Shown piece by piece: positions 18,790 to 29,600 of a stretch of DNA of 64,000 nt; position 1 is the first letter of the stretch; the number at the start of each line of letters is the position of its first letter. The position numbers and the translations under genes were made by a program. The notes beneath the pieces were generated by a model. It worked only from the letters and a program-made list of their open reading frames with translations, had not been told where the DNA came from and searched no databases. Source of the DNA: Clostridiales bacterium (GTDB taxonomy: Bacteria > Bacillota > Clostridia > Saccharofermentanales > Saccharofermentanaceae); assembly GCA_017513085.1 (NCBI GenBank), contig JAFWDK010000029.1, forward strand, positions 1 to 64,000, read 5' to 3'.

Positions 18790-20403
18790 CTATCGCTCGT
18801 GGATATCGTCCAGTTTCAGACCTTCGTTATGCTCCAGAGCCCAGCTGATTGCCCACTCCGATTCGAAAAGCACTACCGGCATTTCATCGCGGTCAAGGAC
18901 AAGCATGGAGGTGGATGTAAGGGTCAGTTTGGAAAAATCGATATCGGCAGATTCATCCTGTTTGCTGCACCATCTTGCAAAACGATAGTTCAGATTGCTG
19001 CGCAGGATATCCACACCATATTCCGTCTTTAAACGATGTTCAAGCACTTCGAACTGAAGGACACCCACCACACCCATGATGTAGGTTTCAGTACCGATTC
19101 CCGGTTGCTTATAAAGCTGAACAGCACCCTCCTCGGAAAGCTGTTCGATTCCTTTCAGGAATTGTTTTCTCTTCATGGAATCCTTTGGCTGCACGCGTGC
19201 AAAATGCTCCGGCGGGAAGACCGGGATATTGGCAAAGTTGAAGTTCTTCGAAGATGTTGTAACGGTGTCGCCAATACGGAAAATACCCGGATCGAAGAGT
19301 CCGATGATATCGCCGGCATAAGCGTCTTCTACGATCGTTCTGTCCTGGGCCATGAATTGCTGCGGCTGAGCCAGGGTGATCTTCTTGCCGGTGCGGATGT
19401 GCTTGACGCTCATGCCCTTTTCAAATTTGCCGGAGCAGATTCGCATGAAGGACATTCTGTCACGATGATTCGGATCCATGTTGGCCTGGATCTTAAATAC
19501 AAACCCGGAGAAATAATCTTCCGTAGGTTCAATCAATCCTTCAGAAGTTTCATGGGATTGCGGGCCGGGCGCGATTTCCAGGAACTTTTTCAGAAACGGC
19601 TCCACACCGAAGTTCGTGATAGCGGAACCAAAGAATACCGGTGTCAGCTCGCCTGCCAGGATCTTATCCAGGTCGAAGGGGTCACCGGCCATATCCAAAA
19701 GCTCGATGTCATTCTTTAATGTCTCGTAGTGGTGCGCGTTTAAGATGCTCTTGAGAGTATCTTCATCGTTGATCCCGGCGCTGATGGACTTGACCACAGA
19801 CGCGCCGTGGTCCTTGGTTTCGTTATCGAAAAGAAGTACTTCTTCGGTTTCGCGCACATATACGCCCTGGAAGTCACCGTCTGTTCCAATCGGCCAGTTG
19901 ACCGGGGTCGAACGGATGCCGAGGACCTTCTCAAGTTCGTCGATCAGGTCAAAAGGATTCTTCGCGGCACGGTCCATCTTGTTGATGAATGTGAAGATCG
20001 GGATACCACGCTTCCTACATACGGCAAATAATTTGATCGTCTGCGCCTCGACACCTTTGGCACCGTCAAGAAGCATGACAGCGGCGTCCGCGGCACAAAG
20101 CGTACGGTAAGTATCTTCGGAGAAGTCCTGGTGACCCGGGGTATCAAGAATATTGATGCAGTAGCCGTCATAGTTGAACTGCATAACGGAAGAGGTTACG
20201 GAAATACCACGCTGTTTCTCGATCTCCATCCAGTCAGAAGTAGCGTGGTGCGCCGCTTTACGCGCTTTAACGGAACCGGCCATGTGAATGGCGCCTCCAT
20301 AGAGAAGGAGTTTCTCGGTCATGGTAGTCTTACCGGCGTCAGGGTGCGAGATGATCGCAAAAGTGCGGCGGCGGTTGATCTCATTTTGTACTGCTTGATC
20401 CAT
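18790..20403 (-). CDS. prfC: Peptide chain release factor 3
   Basis: RRTFAIISHPDAGKTT, RGISVTSSVMQF, DTPGHQDFSEDTYR, NKMDR and FKIQANMDPNHRDR. Confidence 0.96.
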   Translation of the reverse strand: MDQAVQNEINRRRTFAIISHPDAGKTTMTEKLLLYGGAIHMAGSVKARKAAHHATSDWMEIEKQRGISVTSSVMQFNYDGYCINILDTPGHQDFSEDTYRTLCAADAAVMLLDGAKGVEAQTIKLFAVCRKRGIPIFTFINKMDRAAKNPFDLIDELEKVLGIRSTPVNWPIGTDGDFQGVYVRETEEVLLFDNETKDHGASVVKSISAGINDEDTLKSILNAHHYETLKNDIELLDMAGDPFDLDKILAGELTPVFFGSAITNFGVEPFLKKFLEIAPGPQSHETSEGLIEPTEDYFSGFVFKIQANMDPNHRDRMSFMRICSGKFEKGMSVKHIRTGKKITLAQPQQFMAQDRTIVEDAYAGDIIGLFDPGIFRIGDTVTTSSKNFNFANIPVFPPEHFARVQPKDSMKRKQFLKGIEQLSEEGAVQLYKQPGIGTETYIMGVVGVLQFEVLEHRLKTEYGVDILRSNLNYRFARWCSKQDESADIDFSKLTLTSTSMLVLDRDEMPVVLFESEWAISWALEHNEGLKLDDIHER

Positions 20404-20421
20404 ATTCAATACCTTCCTGGT

Positions 20422-20450
20422 TTGGTCACATTTGCAAAATACGATATAAT
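20422..20450 (+). promoter_or_regulatory. Putative sigma-A promoter for NYN-malQ
   Basis: TTGGTC-N17-TATAAT. Confidence 0.55.
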
Positions 20451-20510
20451 GATAGTGGCTTGAGCATTAGGAACGCGAAAACGGCGTTCCGCCTGAAAAC
20501 AAGCCATAAT

Positions 20511-20539
20511 ATTATATCAGCCTCGTCATATAAGGGCAA
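20511..20539 (-). promoter_or_regulatory. Putative sigma-A promoter for prfC
   Basis: Minus strand TTGCCC-N17-TATAAT with extended TGn. Confidence 0.6.
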
Positions 20540-20554
20540 GGAAAAGAGGTGCAT

Positions 20555-21373
20555 ATGTCCGGAAAAGATGTTCGACTGGCAGTATTGATCGACGCAGATA
20601 ATGTTTCTGCTTCTTACATAAAGCCCATGATGCTTGAAATCGCGCGTTATGGAAACCCGACTATCAAGCGTATATACGGAGACTGGACGAAGCCACAACT
20701 GGGACCATGGAAACAGGTCCTACTGGATCATGCAATCTCGCCGGTACAGCAGTTCGGCTATACAAGCGGTAAGAATTCTACCGATTCTTCCTTGATCATT
20801 GACGCAATGGATATTCTATACACGGAAAGCGTGGATGGATTCTGTCTGGTCAGCAGTGACAGTGATTTTACCAGATTGGCGACACGACTTCGTGAATCCG
20901 GAAAGATCGTCTACGGTATCGGTGAACAGAAAACGCCGACTCCGTTCGTGGCGGCATGCGACCGTTTCCTGTTCCTGGAGATCCTGTCTCCCAAGAAAGG
21001 ACAGGAAGCCAAGAAGGGCGCTAAGAACAGCGCTTCTTCGTCAAAAGCGCATGAGGACAATACCGAGGAGGTCACGGAAGAGGTTAAGGATCAGGCATCC
21101 GCAGAACGTACGATCCAGTTTATGGATGAGAGTACCTGCGATCTGATCTCAAGTTCCATTTCCGATCTTGCAGATGAGGACGGCTGGGCATTCCTCGGAG
21201 ATGTGGGAAATCTGATAAATAAGAAGAGTCCGTCATTTGATTCCCGTAACTACGGGTATTCCAAGATGAGCAAGCTTATGCAGTCTTTGGATTTTGTGGA
21301 GTGTGAACTGCGGGTCAACGAGAAGAACCCACAGGTAAAACTGATTTATGTTCGCAATAAGGAGGATAATTGA
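20555..21373 (+). CDS. NYN domain (PIN-like RNase) protein with C-terminal OST-HTH/LOTUS domain
   Basis: LAVLIDADN, KRIYGDW, GKNSTDSSLIIDAMD and SSDSDFTRLA; C-terminal DGWAFLGDVG...FDSRNYGYSKMS. Confidence 0.88.
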   Translation: MSGKDVRLAVLIDADNVSASYIKPMMLEIARYGNPTIKRIYGDWTKPQLGPWKQVLLDHAISPVQQFGYTSGKNSTDSSLIIDAMDILYTESVDGFCLVSSDSDFTRLATRLRESGKIVYGIGEQKTPTPFVAACDRFLFLEILSPKKGQEAKKGAKNSASSSKAHEDNTEEVTEEVKDQASAERTIQFMDESTCDLISSSISDLADEDGWAFLGDVGNLINKKSPSFDSRNYGYSKMSKLMQSLDFVECELRVNEKNPQVKLIYVRNKEDN

Positions 21374-22881
21374 AAGTGAACAGAAGCGCAGGTGTACTTT
21401 TACATATAACATCGCTGCCGGGAGAGTACGGTATCGGCGGGTTCGGTAAAGAAGCCGTTACATTTGCCAAGAAACTGAAGGAAGCCGGGATGGGGTACTG
21501 GCAGGTCCTTCCGTTTACCAATCCGGGATCGGGAGATTCCCCGTATCAGAGTGATTCCGCTTTTGCCGGAAGCCCGCTGATCATTGATCCGGAGGATCTT
21601 CACGAAAGAAAACTTTTGAGCGGCGAGGAATTGGCCGCGTGCAAGTATCCGGGAACCTGTTACAGCGTGGATTACGCATGGGTCCGTGAAAACCGCATGC
21701 AGATGCTGAAGAATGCTTTTGCCAGGATCGACGATGAAATGAGACTTGCCATGAAGCAGTTCGAACAGGAGAATTCCTGGGTCACGGAAGTGAAGCTTTT
21801 TCAGGCGATCAAAGAAAGCCAGGGACAAAAAGCATGGTGGGAATGGGACGATAAGGACCTTAAGAAACACGATGCAAAAGCACTTACTTTCTTTGTTGAG
21901 AAGAACCGGGAACTTTGTGATTTCTATCTTTTCATACAGTATATTTTCTACGACCAGTGGACGAAACTGAAAGCGAAGATCAACGAGATCGGTATCAAGG
22001 TCATCGGTGATATTCCGATCTATGTTTCGGGAGACAGTTGCGATGTCTGGGCGAACAGAAAGCTTTTCCAGATGAATGCTGACGGAACATTTAAGCGGGT
22101 GGCAGGAGTTCCGCCAGATTACTTCTGTGAAGACGGCCAGCTTTGGGGCAACCCGGTATACGACTGGCCGGTGCATGAGAAGAACGGCTATGCCTGGTGG
22201 CTTTCCAGACTGCATCAGAATTTCCGCCTTTACGATGTGATCCGTATCGATCACTTCCGTGGTTTCTCCAGATACTATTCCTGCCCGGCTGATGCCGAGA
22301 ATGCGAGAAACGGAGTCTGGACAGATGGTCCGGCGATGAAACTTTGGAACCGCATCTTTGAAGAGTTTGGCAAGGAGCCGGCAATCTTTGCCGAGGATCT
22401 GGGAGAATCGGATGAGCAGTTGCAGTCCTTCCTTGCAGAGACGGGACTTCCGACAATGAGAGTCCTGCAGTTCGGTATGGTGCCGCACGATGACAGCAAA
22501 CACATGCCGCACAATTATCCGGAAAACTGTATTGCCTATACGGGCACACACGATAACAATACACTTCTCGGATGGCTATGGGAGGCCTCGGAAGAAGATC
22601 GGCGTTTTGCATTGGAATATTGCCGTTTCCATGGAGAGAACTGGGGCGATGGAGGAGTGCATGCGCCGGCGTGCCGGGCGATGCTGACAACTGTATGGTC
22701 TTCGGCCGCAAAACTTGCGATCGCGCCGCTTCAGGATGTAATGGGTTTCGGTTCCGATACGAGAATGAATGCGCCGGGAACGGCGACAGGACAATGGCGG
22801 ATCCGCTTCGGCATGGATTCCATCAATCAGATGGACACCAAGTGGCTGGCCAAGTTGAACTGGGTCTACAAGAGATTCTGA
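21370..22881 (+). CDS. malQ: 4-alpha-glucanotransferase (GH77 amylomaltase)
   Basis: LHITSLPG, WQVLP, AGVPPDYF..GQLWGNP, RIDHFRGF, AEDLG and YTGTHDN. Confidence 0.95.
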   Translation: MKVNRSAGVLLHITSLPGEYGIGGFGKEAVTFAKKLKEAGMGYWQVLPFTNPGSGDSPYQSDSAFAGSPLIIDPEDLHERKLLSGEELAACKYPGTCYSVDYAWVRENRMQMLKNAFARIDDEMRLAMKQFEQENSWVTEVKLFQAIKESQGQKAWWEWDDKDLKKHDAKALTFFVEKNRELCDFYLFIQYIFYDQWTKLKAKINEIGIKVIGDIPIYVSGDSCDVWANRKLFQMNADGTFKRVAGVPPDYFCEDGQLWGNPVYDWPVHEKNGYAWWLSRLHQNFRLYDVIRIDHFRGFSRYYSCPADAENARNGVWTDGPAMKLWNRIFEEFGKEPAIFAEDLGESDEQLQSFLAETGLPTMRVLQFGMVPHDDSKHMPHNYPENCIAYTGTHDNNTLLGWLWEASEEDRRFALEYCRFHGENWGDGGVHAPACRAMLTTVWSSAAKLAIAPLQDVMGFGSDTRMNAPGTATGQWRIRFGMDSINQMDTKWLAKLNWVYKRF

Positions 22882-22960
22882 TTTCATGCCTTCGGAGAAG
22901 TTCTTTTCCGGAGGCGATTCTATAACTTTGAGACGTACTTGATGCACAGGGGGGAGACAT

Positions 22961-24478
22961 ATGGAAAAGTATATGCTTTCTATCGACCAGGGGACAACGA
23001 GTTCAAGAGCGATGATCTTCGGAAAGGACGGCACATGCGTGGCGTCGGCACAAGAGACATTTGAACAGCACTATCCGAAACCGGGATGGGTCGAGCACGA
23101 TCCGGAAGACCTCTGGAGAACTGTGTGCGATTGTATCCGACAGGCATTGGCAAAAGCCAATATCCAGCCGGGGCAGATCGCGGGCATCGGTATTACGAAC
23201 CAAAGAGAGACGACGATCCTGTGGGAGAAGAACACGGGACGCCCTGTCTACAACGCGATCGTATGGCAGTGCAGACGAACCGCGCCACTCGTTGAGAAAC
23301 TGAAAGCGTCTGATCCGGACTTTATAGAAACCGTCCGCAATAAGACCGGTCTGGTTCCGGATGCCTATTTTTCTGCGACAAAGATACAGTGGATCCTGGA
23401 AGAAGTCCCGGGTTTGAAAGCCAGGGCCGGACAGGGAGAGATCCTGTTCGGAACGGTGGACAGCTGGATCCTATACCGCCTTACGGGCGGCACGTCTCAT
23501 GCGACAGATTACTCCAATGCATCCCGTACCATGCTGTTTAACATTGTTACATTGTCCTGGGACGAGGAGCTTTGCAGGTATTTTCATATCCCGATGAGTA
23601 TGCTTCCTCAGGCTCTCCCGGGTGCTTCGGAATTCGGCTATGTCAGTGGGGACATCCCGGGATTGGAGGCGATTGCCGGAGTCGGGATCTACGGAATACT
23701 GGGAGATCAGCCGGCAGCGCTTTTCGGGCAGACATGCTTTGACAAAGGAGACATTAAGAACACTTATGGGACAGGATGCTTTACGCTGATGAATATCGGC
23801 GGATCGCCGATCGTGTCGAAGCGGGGACTGGTTACCTCTGCGGCCTGGTCGATCAACGGACAGACGACCTATGCTCTGGAAGGAAGTGTCTTTAATGGAG
23901 GATCAACGATCCAATGGCTGCGGGATGAACTCAGATTGATCGACCATGCGTCAGACTGCGATGTCTTGGCGGAGACTGTACCGGACAATGCGGGAGTATA
24001 TCTTGTCCCGGCTTTTTCCGGCCTCGGTGCGCCTTATTGGGATATGTATGCCCGTGGAGCGATCCTTGGACTTACCAGAGGTACGACCAAAGCGCATATT
24101 GCCAGGGCGGCTCTGGAGGGTATCGCGTATCAGGTCTACGATCTGGTCTCTTTGATGCAGAAAGAGGCAGAGTGCCGGATCAGTGCGCTCAAAGTCGACG
24201 GTGGCGCAAGCGTCAGCCGGTTTATGATGCAGTTTCAGGCAGATATCCTTAATTGCAGTGTCGATCGGGCAAAAGAACGTGAGACGACTTCGCAGGGCGT
24301 AGCCTATCTGGCCGGCCTTTTCTGCGGATATTGGAAGAGTCTTGACGAATTGCGGAAACTGCGTCATTGTGATACGCTCTTTGCGGCTGACATGCAGGAA
24401 GAAACCAGAGAGAAACTTTTGACCAACTGGAAGAAGGCGGTTTCCCGAGCGGCAGCCTGGGAGGATAAAGAAGAGTGA
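22961..24478 (+). CDS. glpK: Glycerol kinase
   Basis: IDQGTTSSR, GITNQRETT, WQCRRT, NASRTMLFNI, GDQ, KNTYGTGCF and PAFSGLGAPYW. Confidence 0.94.
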   Translation: MEKYMLSIDQGTTSSRAMIFGKDGTCVASAQETFEQHYPKPGWVEHDPEDLWRTVCDCIRQALAKANIQPGQIAGIGITNQRETTILWEKNTGRPVYNAIVWQCRRTAPLVEKLKASDPDFIETVRNKTGLVPDAYFSATKIQWILEEVPGLKARAGQGEILFGTVDSWILYRLTGGTSHATDYSNASRTMLFNIVTLSWDEELCRYFHIPMSMLPQALPGASEFGYVSGDIPGLEAIAGVGIYGILGDQPAALFGQTCFDKGDIKNTYGTGCFTLMNIGGSPIVSKRGLVTSAAWSINGQTTYALEGSVFNGGSTIQWLRDELRLIDHASDCDVLAETVPDNAGVYLVPAFSGLGAPYWDMYARGAILGLTRGTTKAHIARAALEGIAYQVYDLVSLMQKEAECRISALKVDGGASVSRFMMQFQADILNCSVDRAKERETTSQGVAYLAGLFCGYWKSLDELRKLRHCDTLFAADMQEETREKLLTNWKKAVSRAAAWEDKEE

Positions 24479-25404
24479 ACGTTCTTTTAGAGGTTTTTAT
24501 AAAAATCATAGTGGCAGTGGCACTGGGCTTTTGCCTTCGTAAATACCGGGTCATTGATGAGCGTATGCAAAAAGGACTTTCGGATATGCTTCTGAAGGCG
24601 ATCCTTCCGTTTAGCATTCTGGCCTCCTCCAATTATGAGCGTTCTTCCGAACTTGCGAAGGGCATGCTGGCGATGTTTGCCGCGTCGGTGATCTATTATG
24701 CAGTCACGTTGGTCTTTATCCGCCTTCTGAGCAGGAAACTCTCCATGAAAGAGAAGGAACAGAGGATCTTTGTGACCCTCACGGTTTTTGCCAATACAGG
24801 ATTCGTAGGCATGCCTGTGATGAGTGCGCTTTACGGAAACAGAGGGCTTTTACTGGCTGTAGTCTTTAATATGTCCTACAACATTTTTATGTATACATAT
24901 GGCGTACACCTGGTTTCCGGAAAAAAAGGAAACTGGACATCCGTGATCTTGAATCCGGTTACGATCGCATCTTTACTGGCCATACTTCTTTTCGTATCAC
25001 CTGTAGTGCTTTCGGATTATGTGATGGGACCGATCCGCCTCATCGGAGATATGACTGTCCCGCTTTCCATGATCCTGATCGGTTCGAACTTGGCCATGCT
25101 CCCACTCGGTCGTGTCCTGGGAGATCCGAAATCCTATATCGTTTCTGCCGTGCGCCTTCTGGTGATTCCTTTCGTAGCGTTAGCGGCTATGTGGGTGATC
25201 TATCAGGTGATTCCCATGATGCCCACGACAGCTGCTGTTTTTGTGCTGATGTGTGCTTTACCTTGCGGTTCCATGAACGTGATCTTCTCGGAAAAGTATA
25301 ACTGCGCCCCGGACTTTGCAGCGCGGGCAACCGTACAAAGCATGCTTCTTTCCATGATCAGTCTGCCTGTCATGGTTTACATCTGCACAAGACTGTTTGT
25401 CTAA
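24475..25404 (+). CDS. AEC (auxin efflux carrier) family transporter
   Basis: FANTGFVGMPV...LYG and IGDMTVPLSMILIG; about 10 TM segments. Confidence 0.85.
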   Translation: MNVLLEVFIKIIVAVALGFCLRKYRVIDERMQKGLSDMLLKAILPFSILASSNYERSSELAKGMLAMFAASVIYYAVTLVFIRLLSRKLSMKEKEQRIFVTLTVFANTGFVGMPVMSALYGNRGLLLAVVFNMSYNIFMYTYGVHLVSGKKGNWTSVILNPVTIASLLAILLFVSPVVLSDYVMGPIRLIGDMTVPLSMILIGSNLAMLPLGRVLGDPKSYIVSAVRLLVIPFVALAAMWVIYQVIPMMPTTAAVFVLMCALPCGSMNVIFSEKYNCAPDFAARATVQSMLLSMISLPVMVYICTRLFV

Positions 25405-25407
25405 GGA

Positions 25408-26508
25408 TCAGGAAACGTTGCCGGCCCTCTTGATGCTCTGCGGGTCGGAAGTATTGTCCGGTGTGGTACGGATCCAGTAATTCTCATTATAGATATTATC
25501 CAGCTCACTGAAATACGTCTGCTCATAGATGCCGCCATCGGCAAGGATCGTACGGCGCGAAGGCTCGTTATCAGTATGGCAAACGACCAGGACCTTAGAA
25601 TGCCCGAGGATCTTGGCGTACGGCAAAGCCATGGCCAGCATTCTTTTTCCATAGCCGCGACGTCGCTCGGAAGGACGTACAGAGTAGGAGATATGACCAC
25701 CGTGCTTGGAAAGATAGTCATTCAACTCGTGCTTGATCTCGATCATGCCGATCGGAATACCATCTGACATACGGAATGCAACAAAAGGTGTGGAAGGCAT
25801 ATAATAGGAAGGCGCGGTTTTGCGGGACCCGAGAGTATCCACAAAAGCGAACCACTCTGCGATGTCTTCAAAAGAATTCAAAAGCGCGGAACCGAAGATC
25901 TCTTCTTCGCCCCAGTTTACATATTCATCACGGAAATCCTCCATCTCGTCCGCAAAATCAGGCGAGGGAAGAGTCAGGATCAGAGCATCTTCCGGAACGT
26001 GCGCCACGCAAGTGAGCGGGTCGGCAAAATCGAATTCATAGACCTCGTAAGGCGCGCCCAGCATATGACCGGCAACAAAGATCGTATTTCTGGCCGGATA
26101 GTATTCGGCACTGCACCAGATGAAATCATTTCCGGACTCGAAAGCTTCGTCGGAATAGAAACGGTGCTCATGAAGCGAATCCAGATCCAGAACGGAAAAA
26201 CCGAAACGGTCTCTACGGAAGAGAAAATACGTCTTCCCGTCGTTATGGGTGATCATCTCGCAAAGGGGATTCGCATTATCCAGACAAGCATATTCGAAGA
26301 CCGGTTCATGATTAGGAGAGAAAAGGGCATAACGAGCTGCCAGACGATGCTCTCCGTCCAGTTCTCCTTCGAAACTCTCCGCCAGAAGGGAGTAGCCGTT
26401 GGCGAAACAACCTTCTTCCTTGTTTCGGCGATTCTCATCACGGAAAAGAACTTCAAACTGTCGGTTATATTGCTCTGCATATTCAGCTGAAAATGCAATA
26501 TTTCTCAT
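25408..26508 (-). CDS. GNAT family N-acetyltransferase fused to an uncharacterised N-terminal domain
   Basis: C-terminal IKHELNDYL..GGHISYSVRPSERRRGYG...DNEPSRRTILADGG; the first ~200 aa are unassigned. Confidence 0.8.
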   Translation of the reverse strand: MRNIAFSAEYAEQYNRQFEVLFRDENRRNKEEGCFANGYSLLAESFEGELDGEHRLAARYALFSPNHEPVFEYACLDNANPLCEMITHNDGKTYFLFRRDRFGFSVLDLDSLHEHRFYSDEAFESGNDFIWCSAEYYPARNTIFVAGHMLGAPYEVYEFDFADPLTCVAHVPEDALILTLPSPDFADEMEDFRDEYVNWGEEEIFGSALLNSFEDIAEWFAFVDTLGSRKTAPSYYMPSTPFVAFRMSDGIPIGMIEIKHELNDYLSKHGGHISYSVRPSERRRGYGKRMLAMALPYAKILGHSKVLVVCHTDNEPSRRTILADGGIYEQTYFSELDNIYNENYWIRTTPDNTSDPQSIKRAGNVS

Positions 26509-26590
26509 TTTTTACCTGCTTCTCAGTATGCTAAGATCTTGACGGAATTGTCAAAATCGAATAAAAACAGTTTAGCATATGACCTGATAA

Positions 26591-26619
26591 TTGACAATCT
26601 TACCATTCGACTTTATATT
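26591..26619 (+). promoter_or_regulatory. Sigma-A promoter of the Zn-ribbon gene pair
   Basis: TTGACA-N17-TATATT, followed by AGGAGG RBS at 26632. Confidence 0.75.
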
Positions 26620-26647
26620 ATAGAGTGAAGTAGGAGGGTTGCTTTTT

Positions 26648-29600
26648 ATGGAAATTGCTTTTCATTGTCCTAATTGTCTCGCTGACCTGATTTTCGACGA
26701 GTCAAAGAAGTATACATGTTGCTTTTGCCATACGACACTCACAGGTAAAGATGAAGTCCACGAATTAGAGGGCGGATATTATGTTGGAGATGCCTGGAAT
26801 GAGAGTCTGTATCATCGATATAAGTGCGAAGATTGCGATGGAGAATTTGTGATCAAGACGTCTGCTGCGAAGCAGGGTTGTCCTCTTTGTTCCTCCACTT
26901 CACTTAAGGATCAGGGACCTGAAATCGGCGCAATGCCGAAGCGTGCCATCCCTTTTGCACATACTAAACAGCAGGCAGAAGAGATTTTTCTGGATTATAT
27001 CCGTAACAATTCCGCAGTAGGAAGAACACTGGCGACAGACGAGAACAAGGCGTTGCTCCACAAAGCGTATGTTCCGTGCTGGCTCTTTACATATGAAGTC
27101 ATTGCCTATGCCAAGCTGACTGTGACACTCAGAAACAAGGCCAATGACAACAAGACGATCATGGGTATCAAGGGTTCGGAGCAGTTGATGGAGATGCTTT
27201 CTCCGATACGTTCTTCGATCTCCCGTTTCCAGGCGAACCGTAAGGGCGGCAAGGATGCGTCCAATCAGCCTGCCGAACATGTTACGGGCGGTGTTTTGTC
27301 CTGGCAGGGTATTCCTTTCGATGCTACCGGCATTTTGCAGGACAACCTCATGAACGGTATCCAGCCGTACGATCAGTCGAAACTGATCACTATTAATGAA
27401 AAAGTTCTCGGAGATACTCCGGTCCTGGCTATTCTGAAAGACCCGATCACCTGCATGCAGGAGTTTATGGATCGTGTGAAGAAGTGGACCCGCCAGATGA
27501 TCATGGATGCGCATTCCGATTCATACGAAATCCTGCATTTCTCCGATAAGACCGATTACCCGCTGGGTATCGGTGAGTTGGTGCTTTTCCCGATCTGGTA
27601 TATGAAGGGTGATTATTCCGGTCGTGAATATTTCTTCGCGATGAATGGTCAGACCGGTGAAATTGACGCCAATATTCCTATGTCGAAGGTTTCGCGTAAG
27701 AATTCCACATTGCCGTACCAGTCTTTCTGGGATAAGTCCCGTTGTACGGCTCTGAATGACACCCACTTTGAATTTAACATCCACGATCCGAATATTGAGA
27801 TCCTGGATTACTCCTTCTTCGAAAAACCGAGAGATTCCAAGATCACTGCCGAGGGCAGGAAGAAGCAGGAGAAGTCTGTCTCCGCTATGGATACAGAGAT
27901 TCCGCTCTCCAAGGACGGAGAAGAAGTTGCGAAAAAGCCGGAAGCATCCCTGGATGCTTCCAAGGTCAAGAAACCGAGCGTGCCGCTTGATGTTCAGGTC
28001 GTTACCGACTTGAAGTCCCTTCCTAAGAAGCTTTCTAAGGAAGAAGAAGCGAAGCGTGAGAAAGAGAAAGCTGCCAGACTTCGTGCGGCTGCACGTGATG
28101 GTGCGAAGAAACCGATGGAAGCAGCTGCTGAGGCACCAAGCTGGGCGAAGGCTACTACGCCTCCGCCGTCCGCTTCTAATGCGGGTGCCCGCCCTGTACG
28201 TAAGAAAAAAGCAATGGACCGTCCGAGTATGGCATCTTCCGGAAACAAACCGATTTGGGAAAGACCGGATGACAATTCGTCCGACTTGCGCAAGACTGTG
28301 AAGAAGCCGTCATCTCTCGCCGAGCAGGTTGCCCGTGCACAAATGGGTGATGTTGAACCTGAACAGCCTTCGAATCTTGGAGGATATGACGAGACACCTG
28401 CACGTGGAGGTGCTATGTCCGGTCAGAAGCCGATCTGGAGCCGTGAACCGGAAGACGAACTGGATGATCTTCGTGCTCCACTTCCGGGACCGGAGCTTAT
28501 GTCGCTTAGTTCTTTCCTGGATAAGCGTGCCAAAGAGGACAAAGAGCGTGGCGTGGATTCCCAGAGAGGCGAGCCGGCTCGTGAAGTCCAGGTGAGATCT
28601 TTTGAAGAAAGACGTTCGGAAGGTAGCCTGGTTGAGAGTGACGATGAGGTACTTGCACAGGCTAGAAGAGAAGCGGAAGAGTATGAGGCAGCGATCCGTG
28701 CGGCACAGGAAAGAGCAGCAGAAGCCGTTGAAGAAGAGCAGGATATGTTCCCTGAAATCGAGGAATATCCGAAGCCGTCTGAAGAGGTATTTAAGAGTGC
28801 TTCACCTTTTGCCCGTGAACCTGAGATCCCGGAGGAGATCCAGTCTCCGTTTGCTGTAAGAGCACCGGAACCGGAATCTGATCTGCCGGAGCTTCAGGAA
28901 TATACCGAAGGCAGTGAGGATATGGTTGCCAACATTACATTCTCATTCAATAAGAAGAATGCGGCAGCAGAGAGAGAACATAACAGAATGTCCGGCTCCT
29001 CGATTCCGAGAAAGCCTGAATCCAAGCCGGATCAGGCGCAGGGTATGTCGATCATGAACTCGGAGTACGACAGTGGCGTGCTTCCCGGTGGTAAGCGCGA
29101 GTCGGATGTTGTGGAATATGCACCGATTGCCCGCGAAGAGAGGATCCCGGAAGTTTCCGAGAATTACTTCGGCAGCGATGAGAATGACCGTCCATTGGCA
29201 TATCGTCCGGCTTCTCCGTTAGCGCAGGCACGTGATGTACAGTATGTGGAAGAAGTTGAGCCACATCCGGAACTGGATGTGACGAACCGTCCGCTGGCTT
29301 CGCGTCCGGCAGCTCCGCTTGCGAAGGTTACGGATGTGACACCGAGTCTGGATTATATCAATGAGCATGGTGTTGTTGAAGGATTGGATAACGATGTACA
29401 TCAGATCCCGTCTCTTGTCAGTGGTTCAGGCCGCTGGGGCGAGATGCCGGAAGCAACGGAAACACCTTCCTGGGCAAAGCCACAGGGTGGATTCCAGGAG
29501 ACTCGCGAATCTCGCTTCGGAGCGCCGAGAGAGCGCACGAGAAGACCTTCTCGTGACGAGATGATGAGACCACGTAATGAAAATATGCGTTCTTCGCGTG

